Assembly: GCF_006345805.1 (NCBI RefSeq)
Contig: NC_042997.1
Location: forward strand, 82,398,001-82,462,000
DNA length: 64,000 nt
Direction of reading: 5' to 3'
Origin: Octopus sinensis
Lineage: Eukaryota
Numbering within the stretch: the stretch's first letter is position 1; every line of letters starts with the position of its first letter. Below are positions 50,690 through 62,760 of the stretch, in pieces. Below the pieces are notes generated by a model. It did not search any database, had not been told where the DNA came from, and saw only the letters and a program-made list of their open reading frames with translations. The translations under genes were made by a program, and so were the position numbers.

Positions 50690-51640
50690 GACTTTTATTT
50701 ATACTGTATGGTATAATGCTTACCTTTTCTGTATAAATTTACTAAAACCATTAAATGGTTAACTACTTTTTGAAGTCTAATGTTCATGCTGGTAAACATA
50801 GTCCGGGCTATATTTTACATTACTTGGAGTTTCTATCTATTACAATGGAGCACCATTGACATACCTAGTGATATGGATATTCCTGACTGAAAAAATGTAA
50901 TGATATGGATAATCTTGATTGTATGTTTTTATTTTTGTCTGTTTATTACTAGAAACAGTTTTAAGTCTGTCATACTGTTTATGCCAATTTCGAATATTCG
51001 TTTCATTAACATTAAAATGCCTTCCGGCAGCTCTATTGCCATGTTCAAATGCATATTCAACATATTTAATTTCTCCTTCGCAGTAAATTATTCATAAGTT
51101 GTACCCATACTAACAATAACAGCAATGACAAATTTTTAAGTTTGCTTGACATTTTATGTGTGAAAGGGATTAAAATTTCAATACTCTGTATCAAAGGTTC
51201 CGACAAGAATAGGTGGGAAAGAATTCTGTTTACAGAATCAGTTTGATTGGTCATCTTCCTCTGTAGGTTGAGTAAAGTGTCATCCAAGTTGATGTTTATT
51301 GGTAATTAAACTTAATTTGCAACAACTGTGCATATTTATCAGCTTTGTTTTTGTTGGCAATTCTCATTAACAACTTTTTCTGTAATTGTGATTTGAGAAG
51401 CAGTATGCTAATCTCTAGTGGGCAAGAAATGTAAAATAAAGTTTATTATAAACAACACAAAAAACTTTGTAATTTAAGAGCTTTCAATGTGATACCTGTT
51501 AAACAGAAATTATTTTTATTTAATGAAAATTTAATAAAATCTAATCATAAGTAAGTGAAATTATGCTAAATATATCTAAATTGAAAACCTTTTTCCCCTG
51601 TAAACTTTTGAGTGCAAATTTTACATGAGTAGGAGGTTTT
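50690..51640 (-). mobile_element. Pogo-like DNA transposon fossil with Brinker-type HTH
   Basis: 50940-51090 translates (1-nt frameshift) to FTAKEKL-YVEYAFEHGNRAAGRHFNVNETNIRNWHKQYDRL; outer limits uncertain. Confidence 0.6.
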
Positions 51641-52059
51641 TTTTAACAACTTTTATCCTAAAAATCACCTGTGTAAATTACATGGGTTTTTTATGGTAAA
51701 CTAAATTAGAGTTAATGGAATTGACTGATATTTCCCTTCAAAATTGTTGGCCTTGTGCCAAAATTAGAAATAATTATTACAATGATTAAGGTAGTGAGCT
51801 GGCAAAATCATTTGTGCATCAAATAAAATACTTAGCAGCACTTCTTCTGCCTCTTTACAGTTCAAATTCTGTCATGGTTGACTTTGCCATTCATCCTCTC
51901 AGGGTTGATAAAATAAGAATCAGTCAAGTACTGGAGCTCATGTAATCAACTTGCCCCTCTCCTCAAAATTGTTGGTGTTGTGCCAAAATTAGAAAGAGTC
52001 ATCGTTATCGTCATCAGCGTTGGCCTCGGCCACTGCGGTGTCGGCAGCATCATTATTAT

Positions 52060-52790
52060 TTCACTTTTCAGAGCTCTCAATATCACATTCTCCAGTTAAT
52101 TCTGTAAGAACAGACAACAACCAGACCAGTGGTCAGTAGTCTCACAGGGTCTCTTTTCACAATACTCAACACCCAAATACCAATCCCAAGATTCTCAGTG
52201 TCCTCAATAAAGCAGTTTTCTGAGCATGATCTACTTTCATGTCAATCCCAATTTCTTCAACAAATTTTTCAAACCTAGTAGTTAATGCTCCCAATGTCCC
52301 TGCAGCTACTGGGATGACACTTATTCTCTTCATTGCCCACATTCATACAATTTCATCTTTTAGTGCCTTGTATTTCTCAGTCTTTTCCAGCTCTTTGTCA
52401 CCCACTCACACATTGTCAGGTATGGCTGAATCTATGATTCAGATTGCCTTCATCCCTTTATCCACTACTGAAGATCTTAAAATCATTCATATAAAACAGG
52501 TGATTCAACTTTTCTCCACTTTCCAATGTGTACCCCAATGTTACTTTCTGTAATATCTGCATGAGGAGTATCATATAAATCACAAATGGCGACAGACTAT
52601 CTCCCTGAAATATGACTCTCCTGCCGTTAACCTTAGCCAAAAATTTTCCACATGATGTTATTCCAGTTCTTCATTGATCTGGTAAAATTCAAAATGTTAC
52701 CAGACACCTGTACCAATTCAAGACTTTCTAAAACCCCAAAATGGGGACCTTGTCATAAGTTTTCTTATAATCGATTGATTGATCAATTAT
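52060..52790 (-). mobile_element. Second R4/Dong-type LINE copy, internally deleted, next to (TAA)n
   Basis: 52060-52430 nearly identical to 38225-38600; IFQGDSLSP and FYMND RT motifs; (TTA)n at ~52790-52845. Confidence 0.85.
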
Positions 52791-52804
52791 TATTATTGAT
52801 GTTG

Positions 52805-52842
<38 letters not shown>

Positions 52843-53109
52843 TATTAATTTGCTTCAAGCCTATGGAAAATTTATAGAAATTTCTGACCTGGTAGGGCAT
52901 TGCCAGTTTGGACAAACTCTACAAGCATGGTAACAGTATCAGCTTGGCCTATTTAAGATACTCTCAAAGCATTAACTTTTTTTTTCTGCTTGAACTCTCA
53001 TTCAATGTCTCAGCATTTTTGGTTTGTAGAATTATGTCAAACAGCTATTGCCCCATAAAGAACAGATCTAACTATCAGCTGAGTTCATCATGAAGATTGC
53101 TCTGCTGCT

Positions 53110-53520
53110 ATCCTTTAGCTGGGAAGTGTAGGCAGTTTTCCACTGTTTGGTGGCTATGGTGTAAATGGTTGCATGGTAAACAAGATAGATGATCAGACAA
53201 AAGACAGGAAGTTTCCTCTTTAGCCAAGCCATCATCAAATTGTTTGTGTTTTATTTGGAGAAGCCATTGTGAGTCAAAAGGATGGTCTAGATGCAAAAGA
53301 AGATGTGAGTAGAGAGGAAGGTGTGAATGACAAGGAAGATGTGAGTAGAGAGTAAAGAGTGGGTAGAGAGGATGGAGAGGGAAATGAGAGTGGGTAGAGA
53401 GGTGCTGGTTTCCAGTAAATTGTTAAAAGGTGGATAAAAGTGGTAAGATAGGCCTGGATGACTAGGCCTGTGCCAATAAGATGCAGAACACACCTGGGAA
53501 ACGATATTTGCCCTTCACTG
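53110..53520 (-). mobile_element. Penelope-like element ORF fragment
   Basis: HKQFDDGLAKEETSCLLSDHLSCLP..; composition similar to the 10185-11660 family. Confidence 0.45.
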
Positions 53521-54120
53521 TCCTAGTAATAGAAGGTTTGTGGATTCCTTAATTGGTCTCTGGTAATTGTACCATATTTAGCAGTTTCATTTCTTAGCAT
53601 TTGTAAATTGTTTCCTATACTTGTTTTGTCGATAATTAATTTTGCATAAACTTTCACCACAACAAAATTAAAGCAAGTAGGTAAAAAATAAATTCCTCTC
53701 TTTTACCTGTTAACCTAAGTCAATCTTTTAAACAGTTGACGTCAACAGTCTCAACCAAATCTATTAAATATGCTTTGGTAACTACTATATGTAAATACCA
53801 TTTTTGTACTGATAACAAAAATATTTTCAAATAACAAAATAAACAAAAAAAATGTTTAAAATGGAATGTCTTACAAATGAGTAATCTTTCAGGACAACAA
53901 AATGTGGGTCAGTAAACAATTCCAGATCATGAAATGTTTAGGCTATTCAATTACTCCACATATTTTCTGAATAAACCAGTTTCCTCACAAAATATGTCAT
54001 GAAATTTAGCCACGAAAGAGTTACAGGTTATATTACATCAAGTGTGCCTCTTAACCTCAACAATAACAAAGCATTCTGACACTACACACATGTACACTCA
54101 CACACATACACACACATGTA

Positions 54121-54166
<46 letters not shown>

Positions 54167-54324
54167 GTCTGTGTGTGTATTATAATTTCACTTAGACATA
54201 GTGACTGATACTATCAACATGTAAAAACTGAATACATGTACATGCCTTATATAAAGTGTTAGATGAATACAGAGGGTAATATGAAAGCAATGAAATAACA
54301 AGGGAAGAAGAATTATGTAATGAA

Positions 54325-54457
54325 CTTCATTAGTTTACAGCTGTTTCAGCTATAAGAAGCAGTGCACTCAAATCTGAGTACTTGTGCATCACTTTATCCA
54401 TTTTTCAACTCTGAGTATACTACTTCTAACAGCAGAAACAGCTGTAAAATAATGAAG
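54325..54457. repeat. Small inverted repeat whose arms carry the GAAAC-AGCT-GUA hammerhead 3' half
   Basis: ttcattagtttacagctgtttcagc..agaagcagt / actacttcta..gcagaaacagctgtaaaataatgaa. Confidence 0.75.
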
Positions 54458-54803
54458 ATGATTATGTAATTCTCATTCCATTGTCATTCCATTATTTTCA
54501 TTATATATATCATCATCATTATCATCACCATCGTTTAAGATCCACCTTCCATGCTGGTATGGGCTGGATGGTTTGACAAGAGCCAGCTAGGTAGGAGACA
54601 ACCCCAGGCAACTGTGTCTGTTTTGGCATGGTTTTTACAGCTGGATGCCCTTCCAAATGCCAACCACTTCAGTGTGGACTGGATGCTTTATATATATATA
54701 TATATATATACATAATAACAATAGTAGGGAATATAATTCCAAACTTACAGGGAAAAATTCAATTTAGCAATTCTAAATCAAATTTCACAATATATAATAT
54801 ATG

Positions 54804-55384
54804 TATATAATTTAGAGAAAAACCTCAATTTACTACTATTTACTATTTATTGTTTATGTACTTTATTGATTTTTAGACTAAGGTTTTTATACTCTTACTC
54901 TCTTTTACTCTTTTATTTGTTTCAGTCATTTGACTGCGGCCATGCTAGAGCACTGCCTTTAGTCGAGCAAATCGACCCCAGGACTTATTCTTTGTAAGCC
55001 CAGTACTTATTCTATCGGTCTCTTTTGCCGAACCGCTAAGTGACGGGGACGTAAACACACCAGCATCGGTTGTCAAGCAATGCTAGGGGGACAAACACAC
55101 ACACACACATACACATATATACATATATACGACAGGCTTCTTTCAGTTTCCATCTATCAAATCCACTCACAAGGCATTGGTCGGCCCAGGGCTATAGCGG
55201 GAGACACTTGCCCAAGATGCCACGCAGTGGGACTGAACCCAGAACCATGTCGTTGGTTAGCAAGCTACTTACCACACAGTCACTCCTGCGCCTACTAAAT
55301 ATAGTATATTTATTTTTTCTATATAGTGTGAATAACGTCTTTCACTATTGAATTGCTTAATAGAGGTTTTTCTCTAAATTATAT
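54804..55384. mobile_element. MITE-like element with 22-bp TIRs interrupted by a SINE
   Basis: atataatttagagaaaaacctc / gaggtttttctctaaattatat. Confidence 0.7.
54893..55293 (-). mobile_element. Full-length tRNA-derived SINE family A
   Basis: Head aggcgcaggagtgactgtgtggtaag (A-box-like), ggttcagtccc (B-box-like); (GTAAAAGA)n-type tail. Confidence 0.88.
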
Positions 55385-55403
55385 ATATATATATATATAT
55401 ACA

Positions 55404-56024
55404 CAGGGTGTGAAGGGTAAATTGTTGCCATTTTATATTTTTTATTTTGCACATGCGCATTGTTTGATTTTGATTTTGTTGATTACACAGTATTGTAGGG
55501 TCAGTTGAGAAAAAGAGCACCATGACACAATTTACTCAGCCAGAAATTTGGAAATAACAAACTGTACTGCTTGCCAGAAGCTCCAATATGAATATTTCAG
55601 AGTGTCTGGGTGTTAATTTGAGGACAGTGCAATCTGAGGAGATGACTGTCACAATTTCTATGACTACACTGCCCCTAACATTTGGCCACCTAACTCCCCA
55701 GACTGCAATCCCCTTGATTATTATGTGTGGGGCGCAGTTGAGCAAGAGACCAACAAAACTCTTTGTAACACCAAAGATGAAGTGAAGGCAAGGATTATAA
55801 CAGCATTCACCAACTTAAACAAGGAGACTGTCCAGAAGAGTTGCAGGAGATTCTGAAGTCGTCTGGAAGCCATGGTTGAAGCCAATAGCGAGTTTATTGA
55901 ATAAATTTACTCTTCAGTATTTCAAGATATTTTTATGCAATTTTGGTAAATATATCTGTTAAAAGGAGATGTCAGTGTTATTTTCATTTTTGCAAAATTT
56001 AGATGACAGTTTATTCACCGCACC

Positions 56025-56027
<3 letters not shown>
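55404..56027 (+). mobile_element. Internally deleted Tc1/mariner (maT-like) element
   Basis: TIR cagggtg/caccctg in TA context; NISECLGVNLRTVQ (HTH) fused to IWPPNSPDCNPLDYYVWGAVE (catalytic end). Confidence 0.85.
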
Positions 56028-56074
<47 letters not shown>

Positions 56075-56080
<6 letters not shown>

Positions 56081-58330
56081 TCATTGTTTAACGTCAACTT
56101 TCCATACTGGCATGGGTTGGATGGTTTGACTGAGGACTAGCAAGCCAGAAGGCTGCACTGAGCTCCACATAATCTGGCAAGGTTTCCACAGCTGGATGCC
56201 CTTCCTAATGCCAACAACTCCGAGAGTGTAGTGGGTACTTTTTATGCCTCAGTCATGAGGGCCAGTCAGGCAGTACTGGCACCAACAAACTTCAGATGGT
56301 GCATTTTATGTGCCACCAGCATGGGACCAATCTGGCAACATGGGCATCGACCATGTTTGTATGGTGCATTTTACATGCCACCAGCACGGGAGCCAATCCA
56401 GTGGGACTGGCATCGACCACACTCAAATGGTGTTTTTTATGTGCCACTGGCAGAGGTGCCAGTCACATCGTAATGGCATCATCCATGACAATGATTTCAC
56501 ATGACTCAACGGGTCATCTCAAGTACAGTTTATTGCCCATTGATTGAAGAGTACTCTTAAATGGGCCAACTATGCAAAACTGGCATCAGCCATGGTTACG
56601 ATCTCACTTGACTCCATGGGTCTTCACAAGCACAGCATATCTCCAAAGGTATTGGTCACTTGTCATTGCTTCTGTGAGACCCAACATTTGAAGGTCGTGC
56701 CTCACCACATCATCCCACATCTTCTTGGGTCTAACCCTTCCACAGGTTCCATCCACTGTTAGAGTGTGACACGTTTCCACACAGCTGTCCTCATCCACAT
56801 GCAACACATGACCATACCAGCACAGTCATCTCTCTTGCATACCACATCTGATGCTTCTTATGTCCAACTTTTCTTTCAGGGTGCTTACACTCTGTCGTGT
56901 ATGCACACTGACATTACACATCCAGCGGAACATACCAGCTTCATTTTTTACAAGCTTACAGCAGTCACAGCCTATGTTTCATTGCTGTGTAGCATGGCTG
57001 TTCACACACATACATCATACAGTCTACCTTTTATTCTGAGCAAGAGGCGTTTTGCTATCAGGAGTGGTAGGAACTCTCTGAACTTTGTCCAGGCTATTCT
57101 GATTCTAGCAGCTACATTTTCAGAGCATCCATCCCCGCAACTGACTTGGTCACCTAGCTAATGGAAGCTATCAACTACTTCTACTTTTTCCCCCCTGGCA
57201 GGTGACAGAAGCTATTTTCTGCACATTTTCAGTGTTTATTGCCCCTGTGCATTTGCTACACACAAAACTATCTTCCCAGTTAGCACTCCTTTGATATTGC
57301 TGCACCTCTCATGTGTCCATAGCTTACACTGGGTACATCTTATGGAGTTTCTACCTACACCTTTTCTACAGATTGAGCAGAGCCATCAACTTGAAGGGGT
57401 TTGTGATTTGTCTGCCTTCCTTCTTACTAAGACTTTGGTTTTTCTTAGATTGACTCTAAGGCCCTTCGATTCTAGACCTTGCTTCCACACCCAAAACTTT
57501 TCCTCTAGCTCTGATAGTGACTCAGCTATTAGAGAAAGGTCATCAAAATAGAGGAGCTCCCAGGGGCATCCTGTCTTGAATTCCTCTGTTGTTGCCTGGA
57601 GAGCTAAGACAAATAAAAGGGGGCTGAGGACTGATCCTTGGTGGACTCCAACCCTTACCCAGAATTCTTTGCTATACTTGTTGCTAACCCTCACCTTACT
57701 GACAGCATCCCTGTACATGACTTATACAGCACTCACTAACCACTCATCTATCTCTAGTTTCTGCATTGACCACCATTTAAGGAATTGGGGGACCTTGTCA
57801 AAGGCTTTCTCCATGTGAACAATAGCCAAGTAGAGAGTTTTATCTTTGGCTACCAGAAATATAGCATCAGTGGTGCTTCTCCCTGGCACAAACCCAAACT
57901 GCATCTTGTCTAAACTAACTCTCTCCCTCTAATTAGTTTGGCTATGACCCTCTCAGTGACTTTCATCACCTGATCCAACAACTTGATACCTCTGTAATTA
58001 TTCATAACTAATGCATCACCTTTACTTTTGTAGCAGTTGACTATAGTGCTGCTACACCAGTCATTGGGTATGACTCCTTCATGTATCACCTGATTGACTA
58101 TACAAGTAACTAGACTATAGCCTACACCACCAGATATTTTAAGCATCTCTGCGGTAATTCTTGATGGGCCAGGGTCTTTCTGTCTTCATACTCTCAATTG
58201 CTTTATCTACCAAGGTACTGTCAATTCAGATAGCTGGTCCCACTGTTGGGTTGATGTTTGGCAGACTCTTTCTCCCATTCATTCTCTTCATTTAGCAACC
58301 ATCCAAAGTGGCATCTCTAAATCTCTCTCT
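56075..58330 (-). mobile_element. RTE-clade LINE, degenerate 3' ~2.2 kb
   Basis: NYRGIKLL, QFGFVPGRST, MEKAFDKV, GVHQGSVLSPLLF, LYFDDL motifs; 3' UTR repeat units; tail at (TA)n. Confidence 0.9.
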
Positions 58331-58510
58331 CTCTCTCTTTGCAACCTCATTAAATGCAAGTGAGCCATCATCCATGCGGACACATTTCTCTCCTATGACA
58401 TCGTGATTCTCTCTCACACATTGTCTAGCAACATGAAACACTCATGACACAGAACATTGGTAAATATATATACATACATTAGATGAATAGACATATACAC
58501 AGACAGACAG

Positions 58511-58558
<48 letters not shown>

Positions 58559-58589
58559 CATATATAGGGGGAGAGTTCACGAAAAAAAC

Positions 58590-58750
58590 AAAAGACAAAG
58601 ACAGGTGGTGTACAAAACAAACAGATGTATTAGTATAATGCTCAGGAATTGAAAAGGTCTTTTACGTTTCGAGCCTACGCTCTTCTACAGAAAGGGACAT
58701 AGAAAAAAACAAGGAGAGAAACAAAATGTGTGTAGTGGCTACCAATCTAG
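58590..58750 (-). mobile_element. Penelope-like terminal repeat fragment
   Basis: Homologous to 10190-10340 and 47620-47770. Confidence 0.7.
58659..58694 (-). ncRNA. Atypical hammerhead-like motif (core CUGUWGA plus extra A); relatives at 10276-10311 and 47696-47731
   Basis: cttt-CUGUAGA-a-gagc gtag gctc-GAAAC-GUA^-aaag; stems I and II intact, A6 replaced by U. Confidence 0.45.
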
Positions 58751-59883
58751 CATGTATACATATATACATTGGTTTCAAATTTTGGCACAAGGCCAGTAAT
58801 TTCGGATGAGGGATAAGTCTGTTACATCGACCCAAGGGCTAAACTGGTACTTATTTTATTGACCCCAGTGCTCAACTAGTACTTATTTTATTGACCCTGA
58901 AAGAAAGAAAAGTAACGTTAATCCAGAACATAAAGTCACAAGAAATGCTGCTAAGCATTTTCTATGGTGCAGCAACAATTCTGTCAACTTGCCGCCTTAA
59001 TGTATATACAAATATATACATAGGGATATTATATATAGATATAATATATTTATATATTATACATATATTATATATTCAGTATATACATGTGTGTGTGTTT
59101 ATATATAAGAAATAAAAAATGCAATTGAGCATAACAATCATTTATATTTACAATGTATCTATTTCAAACTGACTCCTACCATCTCCAACATTCATTCTTG
59201 ATTTGTAATTTTGCAAAGCTGTAACTCAGACTGATAAATATCCTCCCAAATGAATAAAGAATAAAACAAAATCTGGAATGGTATTAATCCCTTATTTTAC
59301 AAGGAATATAGCTTTGTTTCAAATGTTAACTGAAATAAATTTGCTATCTCCCACTAATTCTATGTTAATTATGTTAAAAAGTCTACTGACATCTTCTTTC
59401 TCCAGAAGGAATCATTGCTGAACAGAAGCGGCTTCCTGGCATGCATAGTTATAGTTACTAGTGGGACCTGTGGAAATTCCACAAAATGAAAAGGATTAAG
59501 AGTAGTTATTTAAGAAAGAAAGGATGATTTGCATCTTTATTTTGCTAAGTTATTTCATTTCCAGTCACAATAATATATTGTATGATTTTTCGAATTTCCC
59601 TCTGCTAAACACTTTGTATTTCTCTCTTTCTTTCTACCTCTTCAACAAACTTTTTAACCATGTAATTCACCTCTTCATCACATTTCCACCAACTATATGA
59701 GTGACAGCATAATGCATTGGCTGGCTATCTGCTCTCTCACTCATTCTTACATTCCCTCTTCCTCTCTTTCACTCCACTTCCTCCTCATCTCTAACAAACT
59801 AAAATGTGAACAAACAGGTAGAAGAATAATATAGATTTAGTTCATTAAAAACAAAATACCTTTCACTATCAACACCCACCACT

Positions 59884-59914
<31 letters not shown>

Positions 59915-61174
59915 CCATTATCACTATAGTTTTCAGTAACAAAGCTAATTTCATTTCAGTCCAGCTGTTTGTTTATATCTACTTTTTCTTGCTGTAGATG
60001 TATCTCAACTCTGATAATACAAATGCTATATGCCTCTCTTTCTCTCTCTCTCTTAATATAACTGTTTCCCCTGTCCATCTCTCTCTATCTGCTTTTCTTT
60101 GAACTCACCACCAGAAGATCGCTCTAAATATTGTATCCTAAACAATCTCTTTCTTTTTACTTTCCTTCCCCACTCTACAACACCTTAACAGTTCTCTCTC
60201 CCTCTTTTCCCTCACCATCTTTTTCTCACACTCTTTGCATCTCCCTTCAACTAACCACAAGACACATTTGGCCTTATTATACATCTTTCTCTACTTCTTT
60301 CTTTTCTACCCACACTTCTCTCCTTTCTCTAGCCTTTACTCCACCATTCACTCACTCCACCTCCACCTCTCTAACTAACTTAAAGTAAGCAGATTATTAT
60401 ATAGATTCTGAGACACATGATAATGGTGGATCCATTTCCATCCTTCAATATGTTCATGCACTCTCACACATCAGATGAACAAAGGCAACTAAGCCAAAAA
60501 TTAAAAGTTACTATCAACCTTTACCGCATGAAAAAAAAAAATCAATGCCCTGCTTAAAGGCTTGAAGTGATCCTTCAGTTAATATTTGTTTTGTATTTTT
60601 TAGAAATTTATTTTATTCACACAATGAGGAAAATTCATTTCATTCTAATTTAAATACAAAGTAGCAGGAAAAGAGATAAGTAAAGGAAAAGAAGGAACCA
60701 GGAAAAATGAAGCGGGGGGGGGGGAATAAAGCAGCAGAAGAGGGGGGAGGGGTCAACGGGCCACATACCCCAGAATAAGTGGTGTGCTCAGCTGCGCCCT
60801 ACAGTAATGACTGTGATGGTGTTGCCACAGAGTATGGCCAGCAACACTTGCTGCAGTAGCCACTTCACTTTGTGGGAATCACTTCTCTGACAGGCTGCTG
60901 TTATTTGTATTTTGTAGAGGAAATCAGTAGTATGGGGTCAGAGAACATCTCTATGGCAACTGATACAAAGTGATAGCAGTTGGTCAGACCCCCTGCATTT
61001 ATTGATTTTTTCCTTTAATATATAGGTCATCTATTTCTGAACGACTTATAAAATCAATGAAAGCATATATACTCTTATAAACAGTTACATTCAGTAAGCC
61101 TCAGTAATAACCAACATCTCTCTCTCTCTCTCTCCATCTATCTGTCTATCTATCTATCTATCTATTATATATAC

Positions 61175-61364
61175 AATTGTTAAAGAGGACAACAAACGTT
61201 AAGGCAAGGCAAACATCTCAAGTCATTCCGATGACAGAATATCCCATACTCTGGGATATCCCAAAAACAGTTGTAAGACTTAGGAACTTTTTTTTCAATA
61301 ATAATAATGTATATGACTTGAGATGTTTGCCTTGCCTTAACACTAGTTGCCCTCTTTAACAATT
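61175..61364. mobile_element. MITE-like element with ~55 bp TIRs
   Basis: aattgttaaagagg..ttaaggcaaggcaaacatctcaagtcat / atgacttgagatgtttgccttgccttaa..cctctttaacaatt. Confidence 0.8.
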
Positions 61365-61547
61365 ATATAGCTGCTATTTCAGAAATCTGCAATGGCTCCA
61401 TAACTACTGTCTCAGTTATAACCTTGGAACCCTTGTAATCCATTACAGGACTTGCCTAGTGTACCTAATTGTTTAGACCACCTGTGAAGTAAACACCCAT
61501 ATTTTGTATATATTATATATATGATGTTTAATATTAATAATGACTCA

Positions 61548-61760
61548 AGCTGGTGAGCTGGCAGAATTGTTAGTATGCTGGACAAAATGCTTAATGGCAT
61601 TTCATCCATCTTTACATTCTGAGTTCAAATTCTGCTGCAGTTGACTATGCCTTTCATTCTTTTGGGGTTGATAAAATATGTACTAGTTGAGCACTGGAAT
61701 TGATGTGATTGACTTAACCCCTCACTCAAAACCACTGGCCTTGTGCCCAAATTTCAAACC
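61548..61760 (+). mobile_element. SINE family B copy
   Basis: ggtgagctggcagaattgttag head, gagttcaaattc B-box-like motif, core gcctttcattctttggggttgataaaat. Confidence 0.8.
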
Positions 61761-61858
61761 AATAATGACTATTTACTTCAATGCATCAGTGTTAAAATGG
61801 ACTTTTCAAAGCATGTTTAATGTATTAACTACACTAAGAGATTAAATAACTATATACA

Positions 61859-61912
<54 letters not shown>

Positions 61913-62004
61913 TATATGGATAGAAAAGTTGAATGTTGTCCAGTATTATTTATAGCTTTATGTGATTTGAGATTCACTGTTTCAAATGTGTGTGTGTGTG
62001 TGTA

Positions 62005-62760
62005 TCATCACCATCATTGTCGTTTAACATTCACTTTCTATGCTGGCATAGGTTGGATGGTTTGACTGAGGACTGGCGTGCCAGAAGGCTGCACCAGGCT
62101 CAATCTGATCTGGCAAAGTTTCTACAGCTGGATGCCCTTCCTAATGCCAACCACTTCGAGAGTGTAGTGGGTGCTTTTACATGCCACCGGCACAAGGGCC
62201 AGTTAAGTGGTTCTGGCAACAACCATGCTCAAAAGGTGTTTTTTACATGCTACCTGCACAGGAGCCAGTCCAGTGGCACTGGCAATGACCACACTCAAAT
62301 GTTTTTCACATGCCACCAGCACATGTTCCAGTATGGTGACGCTGGCAACAATCATGCTCCAATGGCGCTTTTTATGTGCCACTGGTATGGGAGCCAATCT
62401 GTGGCCCTGGCAACGATCACGCTAGGATGTACTTTTAATGTTCTACTGGCACGAGTGCCAATCAGGCAGTACTGTCATTGGTCACATCAGCGATTTTGAT
62501 TTTGATTTTGATTTCACTTGCCTCAATAGGTTTTTGCAAAGTTTATTAAGGGGTATTCATAAGTGGGCTGGTTACACTCACTGGCATAGGCCACAGGCTA
62601 TGGTTTCACTTGGCTTGTCAGGTCTTCTCATGTACAGCATATCTCCAAAGGTCTCAGGCACTATTCATTGCCTCAGTAAGGCCCAATATTCGAAGGTCAA
62701 GCTTCATCACCTCATCCCAGGTTTTCCTGGGTCTACCGCTTCTACAGGTTCCCTCTACTG
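62005..62760 (-). mobile_element. RTE-clade LINE 3' end with ~5 degenerate UTR units
   Basis: Same 3' UTR and tail as other copies; 5'-truncated near the GRPRK region at ~62760. Confidence 0.85.

Noticed and set aside
55200-55293. tRNA-like A/B boxes
   Set aside because: They are SINE heads without a complete cloverleaf; not called as tRNA genes.
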